64,000 nucleotides of DNA from Stegostoma tigrinum (Eukaryota), in the NCBI RefSeq assembly GCF_030684315.1, contig NC_081380.1, positions 17,799,398-17,863,397 of the forward strand, in the 5' to 3' direction. Below, piece after piece: positions 47,601 through 58,011 of this stretch. How positions within the stretch are numbered: position 1 is the stretch's first letter; each line of letters opens with the position of its first letter. The position numbers and the translations under genes are program-made. The notes under the pieces are model-generated. The model saw nothing but the letters and a program-made list of their open reading frames with translations, was not told where the DNA came from and searched no databases.

Positions 47601-48967
47601 TTGGCTCGATTTCCATCTATTTAATCATAGATTGAATATCATTTGCAATAGTTTTGCTTCTACACCATTTCCTCTGCTGCTTCCCAAAGATCTGTCCTTG
47701 GTAGTCACTTTTTTCTCATTGACAAATTGACTGATGTTCCTCAGCAACAAAAGCAGGACAATCGTTCTCACATGTACACTAATGATATAGAGCTCTAAAA
47801 CAACAGATCCTTTCTCAATTTCTCCAATGCTAAGTTATTCAAATGCTTAGTCAACATCGAGTATTGGACAAACAGAAATTTCTTTGATTTAAGTACTGGG
47901 AAGATTGAAGCCGTTGTGCCATCAGTCCTGCTGCGTCTATCCATAGCTAACAACTCCATTCTTCTCCCCAACAACTGTCTGAAACTAAACCAAACACTCA
48001 CACACAAACTTCATAACTGACATCAAGACAGGTTTCTGAACATATTGGCATCATCACTAAGACTGCCTACGTACTTGCATCTCATACTGAAAGCCCTATG
48101 TATACTTTGTTGTTTTCTGACTTGACTATTCCAATGTAATGCAAGTTGCCCTCCCACATGCTTGTGCATATCACAAAGCACAAAATCAAATAGGTCAGTT
48201 ATATAATTTTCTTTTGAAGCCACAAACTGAAATCTGCTAAAATTTACTTTTGAAATCATGCAAAAAAATACATTGTTGTGGGAGACTGTGACCTAATGTT
48301 CAATGGTAATAACTGCTTTATTTATTTTCCATATGAATACACTAATGCCATTCCGTGTGCCATATACTCGAAAGAATATCTTTCTTAATTGCCCGGAATG
48401 AAGAAATTTAGACATGATTAAATATATTCCGGGAAATAATTGTTATAGCAAACCATCAATTTTATCTTACTTTAAACAGAACGACGATACGAACAGAACC
48501 CTAACAACATTGTACGTGGTTATTAAAACTGCCAAAGACAAACGACCTTGACAAAATGCAACATCGCAAATGTGAGTCTTCAAAAAAAAACTTCCGAGTC
48601 GAGGAATTAAAATATCTGCAGCTAACTGCCAGCTGTTTATTTAGATGCCTGCGAAACCAAACATCGAATTGACTGTGTTACGCTGTCAACTGCAGTGAGG
48701 AATAATTAAAACAAAGAAACACATCGTAACACCTGACTTTTGTGTGTGTTTGGACGAGAGGGATGGGCCGGGCCGGCCCCGCATAAACTTTACCTCAGTT
48801 TACCTCTAGCGAATTTGGAAGAGGGGAGGCTTTACATCCACTGACCTGGTTATTGTTGCAGTGCTCGTGCTAGTAACAGCAGTGGCCAAGGGCCGACCTT
48901 CGGCCCGTACCTGGGCTGCGGCCCTACTCACACCAGCCTCTACGTTGATGAGGACTCTGGCCGCCAT
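20590..48967 (-). CDS. NIPSNAP2: Protein NipSnap homolog 2 (GBAS), spliced CDS complement(join 48846-48967,43350-43489,43217-43262,41269-41363,40567-40637,37483-37623,31050-31081,26499-26593,24226-24309,20590-20654), 296 aa
   Basis: Translation MAARVL...[31 protein letters not shown]...[19 protein letters not shown]...[43 protein letters not shown]...[11 protein letters not shown] matches NIPSNAP2. All junctions are GT-AG and in phase; 891 nt; syntenic with PSPH and MRPS17. Confidence 0.96.
22678..22780 (-). mobile_element. Penelope-derived short repeat (family C) with hammerhead-like core; related copies near 61565-61653 and 62040-62195
   Basis: Minus strand reads gttCTGAGGAacggtcaccggacctGAAACATTaac; copy at 61620-61653 reads gttCTGGTGAagtcattggactcGAAACGTTaac. 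Confidence 0.55.
23331..23610 (+). mobile_element. tRNA-derived HE1-like (V-domain) SINE
   Basis: ggcagcacagtgg head, B-box gggttcgattcc, V-domain gtgtggagtctacacattctcccc...ggtttcctcc...tccaaagatgtgc. Confidence 0.8.
24226..24309 (-). CDS. NIPSNAP2: NIPSNAP2 exon 9
   Basis: [27 protein letters not shown]. Confidence 0.95.
24511..25332 (-). mobile_element. Internally deleted Gypsy-like LTR retroelement remnant
   Basis: Degenerate direct repeats starting tgaaataact at 24511 and 25111 (the second ends ...ttaca at 25332, TG..CA) flank a segment encoding P-V-M-x-K-V-Q...NKHVDQMK, resembling a Gypsy integrase C-terminus. Confidence 0.65.
26190..26232. repeat. 18-bp tandem repeat (caacgtaaagacgaagaa) x2.4
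   Basis: Directly visible exact duplication. Confidence 0.85.
26499..26593 (-). CDS. NIPSNAP2: NIPSNAP2 exon 8
   Basis: [31 protein letters not shown]. Confidence 0.95.
27340..29180 (-). mobile_element. Highly degenerate CR1 remnants; clear 3' end at about 28925-29180
   Basis: agaacatagaacagtacagcacag...cccacgatgttgtg tail; patchy similarity upstream. Confidence 0.55.
31050..31081 (-). CDS. NIPSNAP2: NIPSNAP2 exon 7 (32 nt)
   Basis: [11 protein letters not shown]; tttcag acceptor, gtgagt donor. Confidence 0.94.
31195..33930 (+). mobile_element. CR1-clade LINE, 5'-truncated ORF2 (APE endonuclease + RT) pseudogene with 3' (ttctatg)n tail
   Basis: [74 protein letters not shown] motifs; in-frame stops and frameshifts; antisense in NIPSNAP2 intron 6. 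Confidence 0.93.
34146..35758. mobile_element. Penelope-like element (family A, Neptune-like), 5'-truncated, fold-back arrangement of two GIY-YIG/pLTR arms
   Basis: [40 protein letters not shown] on both strands; arms 34176-34944 and 34990-35758; 15-bp TSD ataatatggtgggag at 34131-34145 and 35759-35773. Confidence 0.92.
35663..35694 (+). ncRNA. Minimal hammerhead motif (family A); mirror copy on minus strand at 34240-34271
   Basis: CU-CUGAUGA-A-GGGUC(UA)GGCCC-GAAAC-GUC-AG. Confidence 0.65.
36623..37016. mobile_element. Palindromic non-coding Penelope-derived mini-element (family B) inserted in a DeuSINE
   Basis: Inverted arms 36658-36823 and 36849-37018; TSD accctRgtaat at 36612-36622 and 37017-37027; same family as 55461-55726. 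Confidence 0.85.
36937..36976 (+). ncRNA. Minimal type I hammerhead ribozyme motif (PLE family B)
   Basis: UCA-CUGAUGA-U-GUUACC(UAGAAU)GGUGAC-GAAAC-GUC-UGA: intact core, stem I UCA/UGA, 6-bp stem II, palindromic ACGU stem III; predicted cleavage after 36973. Confidence 0.8.
37483..37623 (-). CDS. NIPSNAP2: NIPSNAP2 exon 6
   Basis: [47 protein letters not shown]. Confidence 0.96.
40567..40637 (-). CDS. NIPSNAP2: NIPSNAP2 exon 5
   Basis: [23 protein letters not shown]. Confidence 0.95.
41269..41363 (-). CDS. NIPSNAP2: NIPSNAP2 exon 4
   Basis: [31 protein letters not shown]. Confidence 0.95.
43217..43262 (-). CDS. NIPSNAP2: NIPSNAP2 exon 3
   Basis: [14 protein letters not shown]; ttcag acceptor, gtaaga donor. 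Confidence 0.95.
43350..43489 (-). CDS. NIPSNAP2: NIPSNAP2 exon 2
   Basis: [46 protein letters not shown]. Confidence 0.95.
43925..44665 (+). mobile_element. CR1 LINE 3' fragment
   Basis: [29 protein letters not shown]...FFTQRVV; 3' tail tgttctatgttcta. Confidence 0.92.
45430..45790 (-). mobile_element. DeuSINE-type SINE (related copies about 20935-21260 and 55150-55400, minus strand)
   Basis: gggtctggagtcacatgtaggccaga...ggcagtttccttccctaaaaggac...gatgggttttt. Confidence 0.65.
47660..48050 (+). mobile_element. Ancient L2-like LINE RT remnant (similar fragments about 5240-5570, 39000-39300, 63690-63980)
   Basis: cccaaagatctgtccttgg (PQGSVLG-like) and cacatgtacactaatgatatagagctcta (HMYADDTQLY-like). 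Confidence 0.5.
48846..48967 (-). CDS. NIPSNAP2: NIPSNAP2 exon 1 (N-terminal targeting region)
   Basis: aagATGGCGGCC start (MAARVL); AG|gtcagt donor gives the phase 2 required by exon 2. Confidence 0.8.
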
Positions 48968-49018
48968 CTTGCTCTGGAGGAGACATTCACCCCAGGGCCG
49001 AATGACATGCGCATGCGC
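48961..49018 (-). promoter_or_regulatory. NIPSNAP2 promoter: NRF1 palindrome and YY1 motif overlapping the start codon
   Basis: TGCGCATGCGC at 49008-49018; CCGCCATCTT (AAGATGGCGG) at 48961-48970; local CpG enrichment about 48750-49090. Confidence 0.7.
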
Positions 49019-49434
49019 TACAGGCACCCGCCCCTCACCTACGACCGGGCCTTACAAACAGCTTAGTTCAGCCCTTCGACATAGCCCCTTATTCATCACT
49101 ATGTAAAGTCAAACATCTCAAGTGTCTTACAGTTAATGTAGCACACATTGTAAGTTGTTGACATTTGAACGCGGTGCTCTTATTTAACATTTATGCTCCA
49201 TTGCCAAAAGCAGCGACCGCCCTAACAATTATGTGTTCAAAATACAAACCAAATAAAAAGTCAGGTAGTTCTGATTGCTATTGCTTTGAGCGCCAGATTT
49301 TACTACAAGGCTACTAAGTTATTTATTTTTGTTCAAGGGTGGTAATAATGTGGTAAGAACATAAGAACTGTGAGCAGGAGTAGGCAATTCAGCCCCTTGA
49401 GCTTGATCCACTATTTGATACAATGACACTAAAA

Positions 49435-50025
49435 CAGGTGAAGTAAGCTGCAATGAAGAAATAAGAAATTTACAAATGGATATGGGTAGGTTAGGTGAAT
49501 GGGTGAAAAATTTGCAAAATTGTAATGTGGATAAGTGTGAGGTTGTCATTTTGGTTTGGAAGAATAGAAAGACAGCCTATTATCAAAATGAAGAGAAACT
49601 GTAGAGTGCTTCAGTGCAGAAGGATCTGGGTATCCTGATTAAAGTATCGCAGACAAGTTGTATGCATGTAATAAGGAAGGCAATTTGAATTTTGTCTTTT
49701 ATTGCTCAAGGAATAGGGTATAAAAGTAGGGATGTGTTGCTGCAACTGTACAAGTCCGCACTGAAATATTGTGTATAATTCTGGTTCCCTTATTTGAGGA
49801 GAGATGTAGTTGTATTGGAGGCAGATGAGTGGAAGTTCACCATATTGATTTCAGACATAAGCGATATGTCTTATGAAGAGAAATTGAGTTGTTTAGTCCT
49901 ATACTCTTTACAGTTTAGAGGAGTGAATAGAAATTGGATTGCTACAGGGAATTGACAAGGTACATGTAGAAAGGATGTTTCCACACATAGTCATGAGAAT
50001 AAGAGGTCATAGTTTTAGAATAAAA
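49435..50025 (+). mobile_element. Degenerate CR1 LINE 3' fragment
   Basis: Homology to CR1 ORF2 C-terminus (aagtgtgaggttgtcattttgg, ggatctgggtatcc, tcttatgaagagaaattgag). Confidence 0.75.
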
Positions 50026-50771
50026 TGCTTGGCCAGATTCCCTGTGGAGTACTGTATTCAGTTGGTACACTAACTCATCTCCTGTTGCTCATGCTTATCT
50101 GTCTCTTACTACCCTCAACTCATTTACTCAGAGAGCTGGTGCAGACATGATGAGTCAAACAGACTCCTTCTTCAACACAACAATGTGATGTTTACTTTCC
50201 AAGGGCTAAAATTCCAGTGCCATTTTTGATGATTTTTTAATATCAGTGTAATAGTTTTTTGTGATTTGTGTTTATAACTCAAAATCTTTTTGCTCCTCCA
50301 CCCTAGACTTTCAACATTTAAAAAATATTTCAATTTCTCAAGTCCAACACAGGTCATTTCACACGTACCATGATGAATTCTATTGGCCACAGTTTTGTTC
50401 TGTTATAATTTGTGCACGCGTTCAATCCAACCCATCATGAGCAGTTTCATTATGCATCCACTAGTTAATTATTAAATGTTAGAAATAACTTTTTTGAGAG
50501 TTCTGTATCAAATTCTACACTAATATGTTAAAATGACATAGCAAACTAAATGTTATTAGACAGTAGATATTAGGAACTGCTGATGCTGGAGAATCTGAGA
50601 TAACATGGTGTGAAGCTGGATGAACACAGCAGGCCAAGCAGCAGCAAAGGAGCAGGAAAGCTTGACGTTTCAGGTCGGGACCCTTCTTCAGCAATGGGGG
50701 AGGGGAAGGGGATTCTGAAATAAATAGGGAGACGGGGGAGGCAGATAGAAGATGGATAAAGGAGAAGATAG

Positions 50772-51087
50772 AACATAGAACATAGAAAAGTACAGCACAG
50801 TACAGGCCCTTCGGCCCACGATGTTGTGCTGTGGAAAAATCCTAATCCAAAAATAAAACCTACATTCCCCTCAATTCACTGCTGTCCATGTGCATGTCCA
50901 GCAGTTGCTTAAATGTCACTAATGACTCCACTTCCACGACTACCACTGGTAAACTATTCCATGTGCTCACAACTCTCTGGGTGAAGAACCTCCCTCTAAC
51001 GTCTCCTCTATACCTTCCTCCTAACACCTTAAAACTATGACGCCTCGTGGCAGTCAATCCTGCCCTGGGGAAAAGTCTCTGGCTATC
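50772..51087 (-). mobile_element. CR1 LINE 3' fragment nested in Penelope element
   Basis: (aacatag)n tail; [14 protein letters not shown] peptide; 8-bp TSD gaagatag at 50764-50771 and 51088-51095. Confidence 0.88.
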
Positions 51088-52207
51088 GAAGATAGGGTGA
51101 GAGGAGACAGACAGGTCAAAGAGGCAGGGTTGGAGCCAGGGAAGGTGAATGTAGGTGGGGAGTTAGGGAGGGGATAGGTTAGTCCAGGGAGGACGGACAG
51201 GTCAAGGGGGCGAGATGAGGTTAGTGCATAAGAGATGGGGGTGGGGCTTGAGGTGGAGGAATGGTTAGGGAGGCAGGGAGTAGCTGGGCTGGTTTTGGCA
51301 TGTGGTCGGTGGAGGGGAGATTTTGAAGCTTGTGAAGGCCACATTGATACCCTTGGGCTGCAGGGTTCCCAAGCAAAATATGAGATGTTGTTCCTGCATC
51401 TTTTCGGTGGCATCATTGTGGTAATGCAGGAGGCCCAGGATGTACATATCATCCGAGGAGTCACGGGTGGGGGTAGTTGAAATGGTTCGCGACTGGGAGG
51501 TGTAGTTGTTTGTTGCGAACTGAGCATAGGTGTTCCACAAAATGGTCCCCAAGCCTCCGCTTGGTTTCCCCGATGTAGAGGCCTCCACAACGGGGAACAG
51601 CAGATACAGTGTATCACATTAACAGATGTGCAAGTGAACATCTGTTTGATGTGAAAAGTCTTTTTAGGTCTGGGATGGATGTGAGGGAGAGGTATAGGGG
51701 CAGGTGTAGGTGTAGCATTTGCTTCAGTTGCAGGGAAAAGTGCCGGGGGTGGTGGGGCTGGAGGGGAGTGTGGAGTGGACAAGGGAGTCACGGAGAGAGT
51801 GGAAAGCACATAAGAGCGTGGAGGGAAAAATGTCTTTGGTAGTGGGGTCAGATTGCAGATGGCGGAAATGTCGGAGGATGATGCGTTGGATTTGGAAGTT
51901 GGTGGGGTGATGCATGAGGACTACCGGGATTCTGTTTTGGTTATTATTGCGAATAGGGGGTGTGAGGGATGAAATGCGGGAAATGCGGGAGACACGGTTG
52001 AAGGCATTTTCGATCACTGTGGAGGGGAAGTTGCGGTTCTTGAAAAAAGAGGACATCTGGGATGTTTGGGAGTGGAATGTCTCACGTTGGAAGCAGATAC
52101 AGTGGAGGCAAAGGAATTGGGAATAGGGGATGGCCATTTTACATGAAGGTGGGTGAGAGGAGGAAAATTCTCGGTCATTGTGAGAGTCAGCAGGCTTAAA
52201 ATGGATA

Positions 52208-52421
52208 ACAAAGTGTGTACCTGGATAAACACAGCAGGCCAAGCAGCATCACAGGAGCACAAAAGCTGACATTTCAGGCCTAGACCCTTCATCAGAGGGA
52301 TCTCTGATCCATCAAACGTCAGCTTTTGTGCTCCTGAGATGCTGCTTGGCCTGCTGTGTTCATCCAGCTACACATTTTGTTATCTTGGATTCTCCAGCAT
52401 CTGCAGATCCCATTATCTCTG
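52208..52421. mobile_element. Palindromic Penelope family A mini-element nested in the larger PLE
   Basis: Inverted pLTR-end arms; 16-bp TSD aggcttRaaatggata at 52192-52207 and 52422-52437. Confidence 0.85.
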
Positions 52422-54103
52422 AGGCTTGAAATGGATATCGGTTTCCAGGTGGATGCCAGAGATGGAGACAGAGAGGTCCAGGAGGGAGAGAAAGGTGTCA
52501 GAGATGGTCCAGGTAAACTTAAGGTTAGGGTGGATGGTGTTAGTGAAGTGGATGAACTGTTCGAGCTCCTCATGGGAACACAAGGCGAAGCCGAAACAGT
52601 AATCAATGTAGCGGAAGAAGAGATGTGGTATAGGGGCAGTGTAGCTTTGGAAGAGGGATTGTTCCATGTACCCTGCACATCTGTTAATGTGATATACTGT
52701 ATCCACTGTTCCCGTTGATGCCTCCTCTACATCGGGGAAACCAAACGGAGGCTTGGGGACCGCTTTGTGGAACACCTACACTCAGTTCGCAATAAACAAC
52801 TACACCTCCCAGTCGCGAACCATTTCAACTACCCCCACCCGTGACTCCTCGGATGATATGTACATCCTGGGCCTCCTGCATTGCCACAATGATTCCATCC
52901 AAAAGATGCAGGAACAGCATCTCATATTTCGCGTACAAACTCTGCAGCCCAAGGGTAAAAATGTGGACTTCAAAAGCTTCAAAATCTCCCCTCCCCCGAC
53001 CACACGCCAAAACCAGCCCAGCTAGTCCCTGCTTTCCTAACCATTCCTCCCACTTCAAGCCCCACTCCCATCTCCTCCCCACTAACCTCATCCCGTCCCC
53101 TTGACCTGTCCGTCCTCCCTGCACTGACCTATCCCCTCCCTAACTCCTCACCTACATTCATCTTCACTGACTTTAACCCCACGTCTTTGACCTGTCTGTC
53201 TCCTCTCACCCTATCTTGTCCTTTATCCATCTTCTATCCGCCTTGCCGTCTCCCTATTTATTTTAGAATCCCCTTCCCCTCCCCATTTCTGAAGAAGGGT
53301 CCTGACCTAAAACGTCAAGCTTTCCTGCTCCTCTGATGCTGCTTGGCCTGCTGTGTTCATCCAGCTTCACACCAAAACCAGCCCAGCTAGTCCACGCTTC
53401 CCTAACCATTCCTCCCACCTCAAAAACCACTCCCATCTCCTACCCACTAACCTCATCCCGCCCCCTTGACCTGTCCATCCTCCCTGGACTGACCTATCCC
53501 CTCCCGAACTTCCCACCTACATTCATCTTCACTGGCTCTAACCCCGCGTCTTTGACCTGTCTGTCTCCGCTCACCCTATCTTCTCCTTTATCCATCTTCT
53601 ATCCGCCTTCCCCTCTCTCCCTATTTATTTCAGAATCCCCTTCCCCTCCCCCATTTCTGAAGAAGGATTCCCAACCCGAAACGTCAAGCTTTTGTGCTCC
53701 TAAGATGCTGCTTGGCCTGCTGTGTTCATCCAGCTTCACACCGTGTTATTAGACAGTATATATTTTGACAGATTTTCAGAATTTAATGAAACATCAACCA
53801 GAACTTTATTTACAAAGAAGCTTGATCATGGATTCCCTACAGTGTAGAAGTAGGCTATTCGCCCATTGACTCTACACTGACGCTCCAATGAGCATCCCAC
53901 CCAGACCCACTGCCCTACCCTATCCCCGTAACCCTGCCGTTGTACCTCATAATTGACTGTGAAAATATAGAATATAAATAAAATCAAACATTGAATGTTG
54001 AGTATATGAAATCATTTAGGTTTATTTTAATAAGTTTTCAGAAAATCCAATCACTTCCAAAGTGCAGGAAAACATGAATGCAAGATGAGAGAATCATTGT
54101 ACA

Positions 54104-54268
54104 GAGATAGTAGGAACTGCCGATGCTGCAGAATCTGAGATAACACAGTGGGAAGCTGGATGAACACAACAGGTCAAGGTCTGAAGGGTCTCAACTCAAA
54201 ACATCAAACTTTCCTGCCCCTCTGATGCTGCTTGGTCTGCTGTGTTCATCTAGCTTCACACCATGTTC
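54104..54268. mobile_element. Palindromic Penelope family A2 mini-element just downstream of MRPS17
   Basis: Inverted arms (gaagctggatgaacaca / tgtgttcatctagcttc); 14-bp TSD agaatcatYgtaca at 54090-54103 and 54269-54282. Confidence 0.85.
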
Positions 54269-54386
54269 AGAATCATCGTACACTACTTTTGCATTAAAAA
54301 ACTTTACTTTTTTTGTTTCTGAATAACATGTGCAATATGAATATTTATTAAATATACATACAAATTTAGAAATATTTAGTTATGGT

Positions 54387-54692
54387 TCAACCTGCAGAGG
54401 TTTTATGTTCTGAATTATTCTGCACACCACTGATCTCTAAATCCTTCATATGATCACTGAGGGATCCTGTATCTAAATCAGAGTCTTTAACAGGTTCAAT
54501 AATTCTGCTTCCACCACAACGTTTCTGTGTGATTGGATCAATGATATTTCCAACTTTGAACACAATTTCTGCCAGTTCGTGTTTAACGTGCTTGGTCCTT
54601 CGTTCAGGCAAAGCCTTTAGAAGCACGATATCACCCACAGTGCACTGTTCTTTTGGATCATGAGCAAAATAAGTCTTCCTTTTATTGTAAAA
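54387..54692 (-). CDS. MRPS17: MRPS17 last coding exon
   Basis: ctacag|TTT TAC AAT; TGA at 54389-54387; AATAAA on minus strand at 54349-54344. Confidence 0.95.
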   Translation of the reverse strand, partial: FYNKRKTYFAHDPKEQCTVGDIVLLKALPERRTKHVKHELAEIVFKVGNIIDPITQKRCGGSRIIEPVKDSDLDTGSLSDHMKDLEISGVQNNSEHKTSAG

Positions 54693-56327
54693 CTGTAGAA
54701 GAATGAACATTAAAAATGCAATTAAAACACACAGTACCCAATTGTTACTTTTAAAGAGTTTATCATAGAATCCCGACAATGTGGAAGGCAGCCATTTGGC
54801 CCATCGTGTCCACACCAACCCTCCCTATCTCTATCACCCTTCTTTTCCCAAGACTAATCCAACCAGTCTGCATGTCCCTGGACATTTATGGACAGTTTAA
54901 CATGGCTGATTCACCTAACCCAGAGGTCAGAGCACTAGGAGGAAACCCATGCAGACACAGGCAGAATATGCAAACTCCCCACAGACTGTTGCTCAAGGGT
55001 GGAATTGAACCCAGAGTCCCTGGCGCTGTGAGGCAGCAGTGCTAACTATTGACCCACCATGCTGCCCTGAAGTTTAAAGTGTTCAGAACTCTAGATCTAT
55101 CTGCCGGCTGGTGTGTTTATTAGCAAAGGTGCTGGACATGTTTTTTTAAATTTCACAGGTTTTGGATGCCACTGGGCAGGGCTGACATTTACTGGTCTAT
55201 CTCAGGGTTTCTTCTTGAAGGGCCACTGATGAACCAGTTGGATTTTTATGGCTGTCTGAGAGCTTGAAGTTCATGTTGTTACTGATATCAACTTTATTTT
55301 ATTGCTATTGAATGATCCAAGATTTTCCAAATGTGAATTAGTGGACTGGAAACTTATAGCCTTTTATTCTGTAAAATTACAGATAGTCAGTAAAATCTTG
55401 ATATCTACAAGATTGAGCTTCGCTTCAAACATGAACATAGACAGTGACTGTAAACACATATTCTTAGAAGCATGGCATTCCAACCAGAACTCCATCAACA
55501 AACACATTGATTTGGAGCCAATCTACCATCCCCTGAGAAAAAGAACGGGAAATGACATCACCAATGCAGGAAATGACATCACCAACCCAAGGAAACCTAA
55601 CCAGATAAATAGAAAGCGGGACAGAACACAAGCGCTTCGTTGGAGGCTCACTGATGACGTTACCTAGAATGGTGACGAAACATCTGAAAACGAACCTTCC
55701 AGCTCAGCGAGCAAACTCACATCCAGAACACATACATAAAATTGAATTGAGACAATGCAAAACAATATTTCTCTAAGAAATATTTCTACAAATAAAAGTA
55801 AAATAAAATCTGTTTAGGAAAGTCAAAGTAATGACTGGATACTAAGTAAAGTCAAATATTTAGTGATGTGAAGACTGTGTAAAATATTTAAGTAATTTAA
55901 AATTCTGTTACACCTTGGTAAGTACTGCCTTGGGTATTTAACATAATTCTCAATTTTTTAACCAAACAATAAGTGAAAAAGTTCAGATTACAAACCAATA
56001 AATCTTGATATACAGATTTTAGAAGTACTAACTATTGGTAATAATTAATTGGGAAAAATATTGCCTAAATCATGGCATAATATTGTTAATAAAACCAAGT
56101 TCAAGATTATGAATCAACAAAAGAAAGGTTCAATATGAATAAATTTTCCTTGGCTTTGTCTAATTTGCAAAACATTTTATACATCTCAAAACAATTCATT
56201 TTACCTTTAACAGATATGGATTCAGCACAAGTCTAGTTATTCTGACTTTGGCAGTCTTCTGCATTTTTGTGCCAATCACTTTTCCTATAATCCATTTGGC
56301 ATGGACAGAGGCGGTTCTTGCTGACAT
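54387..56327 (-). CDS. MRPS17: Mitochondrial small-subunit ribosomal protein S17 (uS17m), complement(join 56205-56327,54387-54692), 142 aa
   Basis: [41 protein letters not shown]|[55 protein letters not shown]...; phase-0 GT-AG intron. Confidence 0.96.
54765..55067 (-). mobile_element. HE1-like SINE in MRPS17 intron (partial copies also about 22483-22670 and 53830-53940)
   Basis: Reverse complement reads gggcagcatggtgg...ttagcactgctgcctcacagcgccagggactctgggttcaattcc. Confidence 0.8.
55461..55726 (+). mobile_element. Penelope-like family B 3' fragment (end of GIY-YIG plus pLTR)
   Basis: Encodes [25 protein letters not shown], resembling a PLE endonuclease C-terminus; 3' part matches 36868-37017; TSD aacacata at 55453-55460 and 55727-55734. 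Confidence 0.8.
55648..55687 (+). ncRNA. Hammerhead motif (family B) with GUC->AUC change
   Basis: tcaCTGATGAcgttacctagaatggtgacGAAACATCtga. Confidence 0.6.
56205..56327 (-). CDS. MRPS17: MRPS17 coding exon 1 (exon begins 56340)
   Basis: atgcag acceptor; aaaATGTCA start; AAG|gtaaaa donor. Confidence 0.94.
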
Positions 56328-58011
56328 TTTTGTACACTGCCTGCATTAAAGTGAGTGAGATTTTGTAATATCACACAAAATAGCTCAAAAATATTTACTG
56401 ACACAACTTTTATTTACATAGTTTTTTTCACATTTCAAAAAACAGCAGATACGTTCTTCCAATATTTATTTCCTTGATGCCTTATCTCACTGCCTTTTGT
56501 ATGACCTTGCTCTCTGTAATTAGTTGTCAGTTTCCATATATTAAAACCCAACATTATACTTATAAGGAACTCTGTGGCAGAGAAGGTTGTGGTCGCATTG
56601 CTGCTGCTTCTAACTACTCCTGCTAGGAGATTTGCTGTTTTTGTTTGTCATACTCAAGGCCGATGTCTTTTGCGCCATCACAGCTTAGCTGTGTCCACTC
56701 TGTGACATCTGTCATCCACACCTAGACTGATCCCACTTGGGGTTCTTTCAGCATTCGTAATTTCAAGTATTCTTTATTTGTCTTATTCAATTTATGGAAG
56801 TTTTAACTATTGTCTTAGTTATCACATATCTATTTCCCTCTCAGTTTTCAAGGTAGACAGGAAAATGAACAGCAGTTTATGATTCTTTCCTTGTTACTAG
56901 GCTTGAGTATTTTTGTGTTATGAATACATCTTTCATATTTACAAAATTATTTCTGGATCACATCAGCCATCTTCTGTTAAGTTTATTTATTTACGACAAA
57001 AGTTATCTACTTATTCCAGTGTCACATTATTCATCCACTTCCATTTTCACTCCAATTTCTTGTAATGTGTTCCTTCTAACTACAATTGTTTGAGATTTTT
57101 TGGTGTGTACTAAATCTATATTCTAAACTTATAGATTTTACATGAAGTATCATATTTTATGATTCTGCAAGTAGTGCCTTGTTGTCAGTGCACTGCAATT
57201 TTATGTTCTTGCCTCCAACTTGTACTATTTGAAGCACGTTTAACTTATTAAATGTTTGTTCTCTGTGCAGAATTAATAATTTCAGCAACAGAACACCTCT
57301 CGCAATACTTCTTTCTACTTTACATATATCTTATTGTCCCTCTACAAGATGATGTTCACTATTTTGGCCATTTATAGCCTTTGGATAAGTCTCACATCTT
57401 CATTGTCCAAGTCACACTTCAACAACACATCCATTAACCTTTGGGAATAAATACATTCATTTTTTTCTCATAGTCATGAAACATATTTAAGCAAGATTGG
57501 AGTGAGGTTGAGAAAAGATGCATTTTATCAAATCATTTTGTCTCACACTCAGTAAAACATTCACAACAAAACCAATGTAAAGGGAAACAACATTATATAA
57601 CATTGTGAGAAGTATGCTAATTGGCTGACAAGTGGTTTCATTGATATACACACTGTCATAGAGAAAGCACCAATTAGAGGGTGATTGACTGTTAATGGTT
57701 AAGCTTATGTATATTTAAACTTGGCACAACGACTCGGAGGAATGAACTAGAGAATAGTTGATGTCTAAAGTTGAAATAATGTATGTCTGTCTGCCAAAAA
57801 TAGAGACCAGATGTAGTTACCTGTACATGCATGTGCTACGTTGCGACCCCAAATGACAATCTTAAATTAGTTGTAAACATATTTCTTACCAAACTTAGGC
57901 TTAGTTAGGAAATTTATCCAATCTCATATTTTATGCTGGACAATCTTTGAATTTTGCAAGTACAGGCTGATTGTATGGTCAGTTTCTCGCATGTTGGAAC
58001 CAGCTGAAGGA

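Larger units (their letters stand above)
50566..53743. mobile_element. Older Penelope-like element (family A2): inverted arm plus tandem pLTR, with two nested insertions
   Basis: Degenerate FFRYIDYC RT and VIYCIHCSR..YIGETK GIY-YIG remnants; inversion junction about 52670; tandem pLTR copy about 53373-53743; 15-bp TSD tgttattagacagta at 50551-50565 and 53744-53758. Confidence 0.88.

Noticed and set aside
48968-49027. Upstream in-frame extension of NIPSNAP2 in the ORF track
   Set aside because: Starts at a non-ATG codon within the promoter/NRF1 site; AAGATGGCG at 48967 matches the conserved MAARVL start.
54693-54818. N-terminal extension of ORF 54387-54818 (MVWTRWAKW...)
   Set aside because: Intronic read-through into an HE1 SINE; the true exon starts at the ctacag acceptor (54692).
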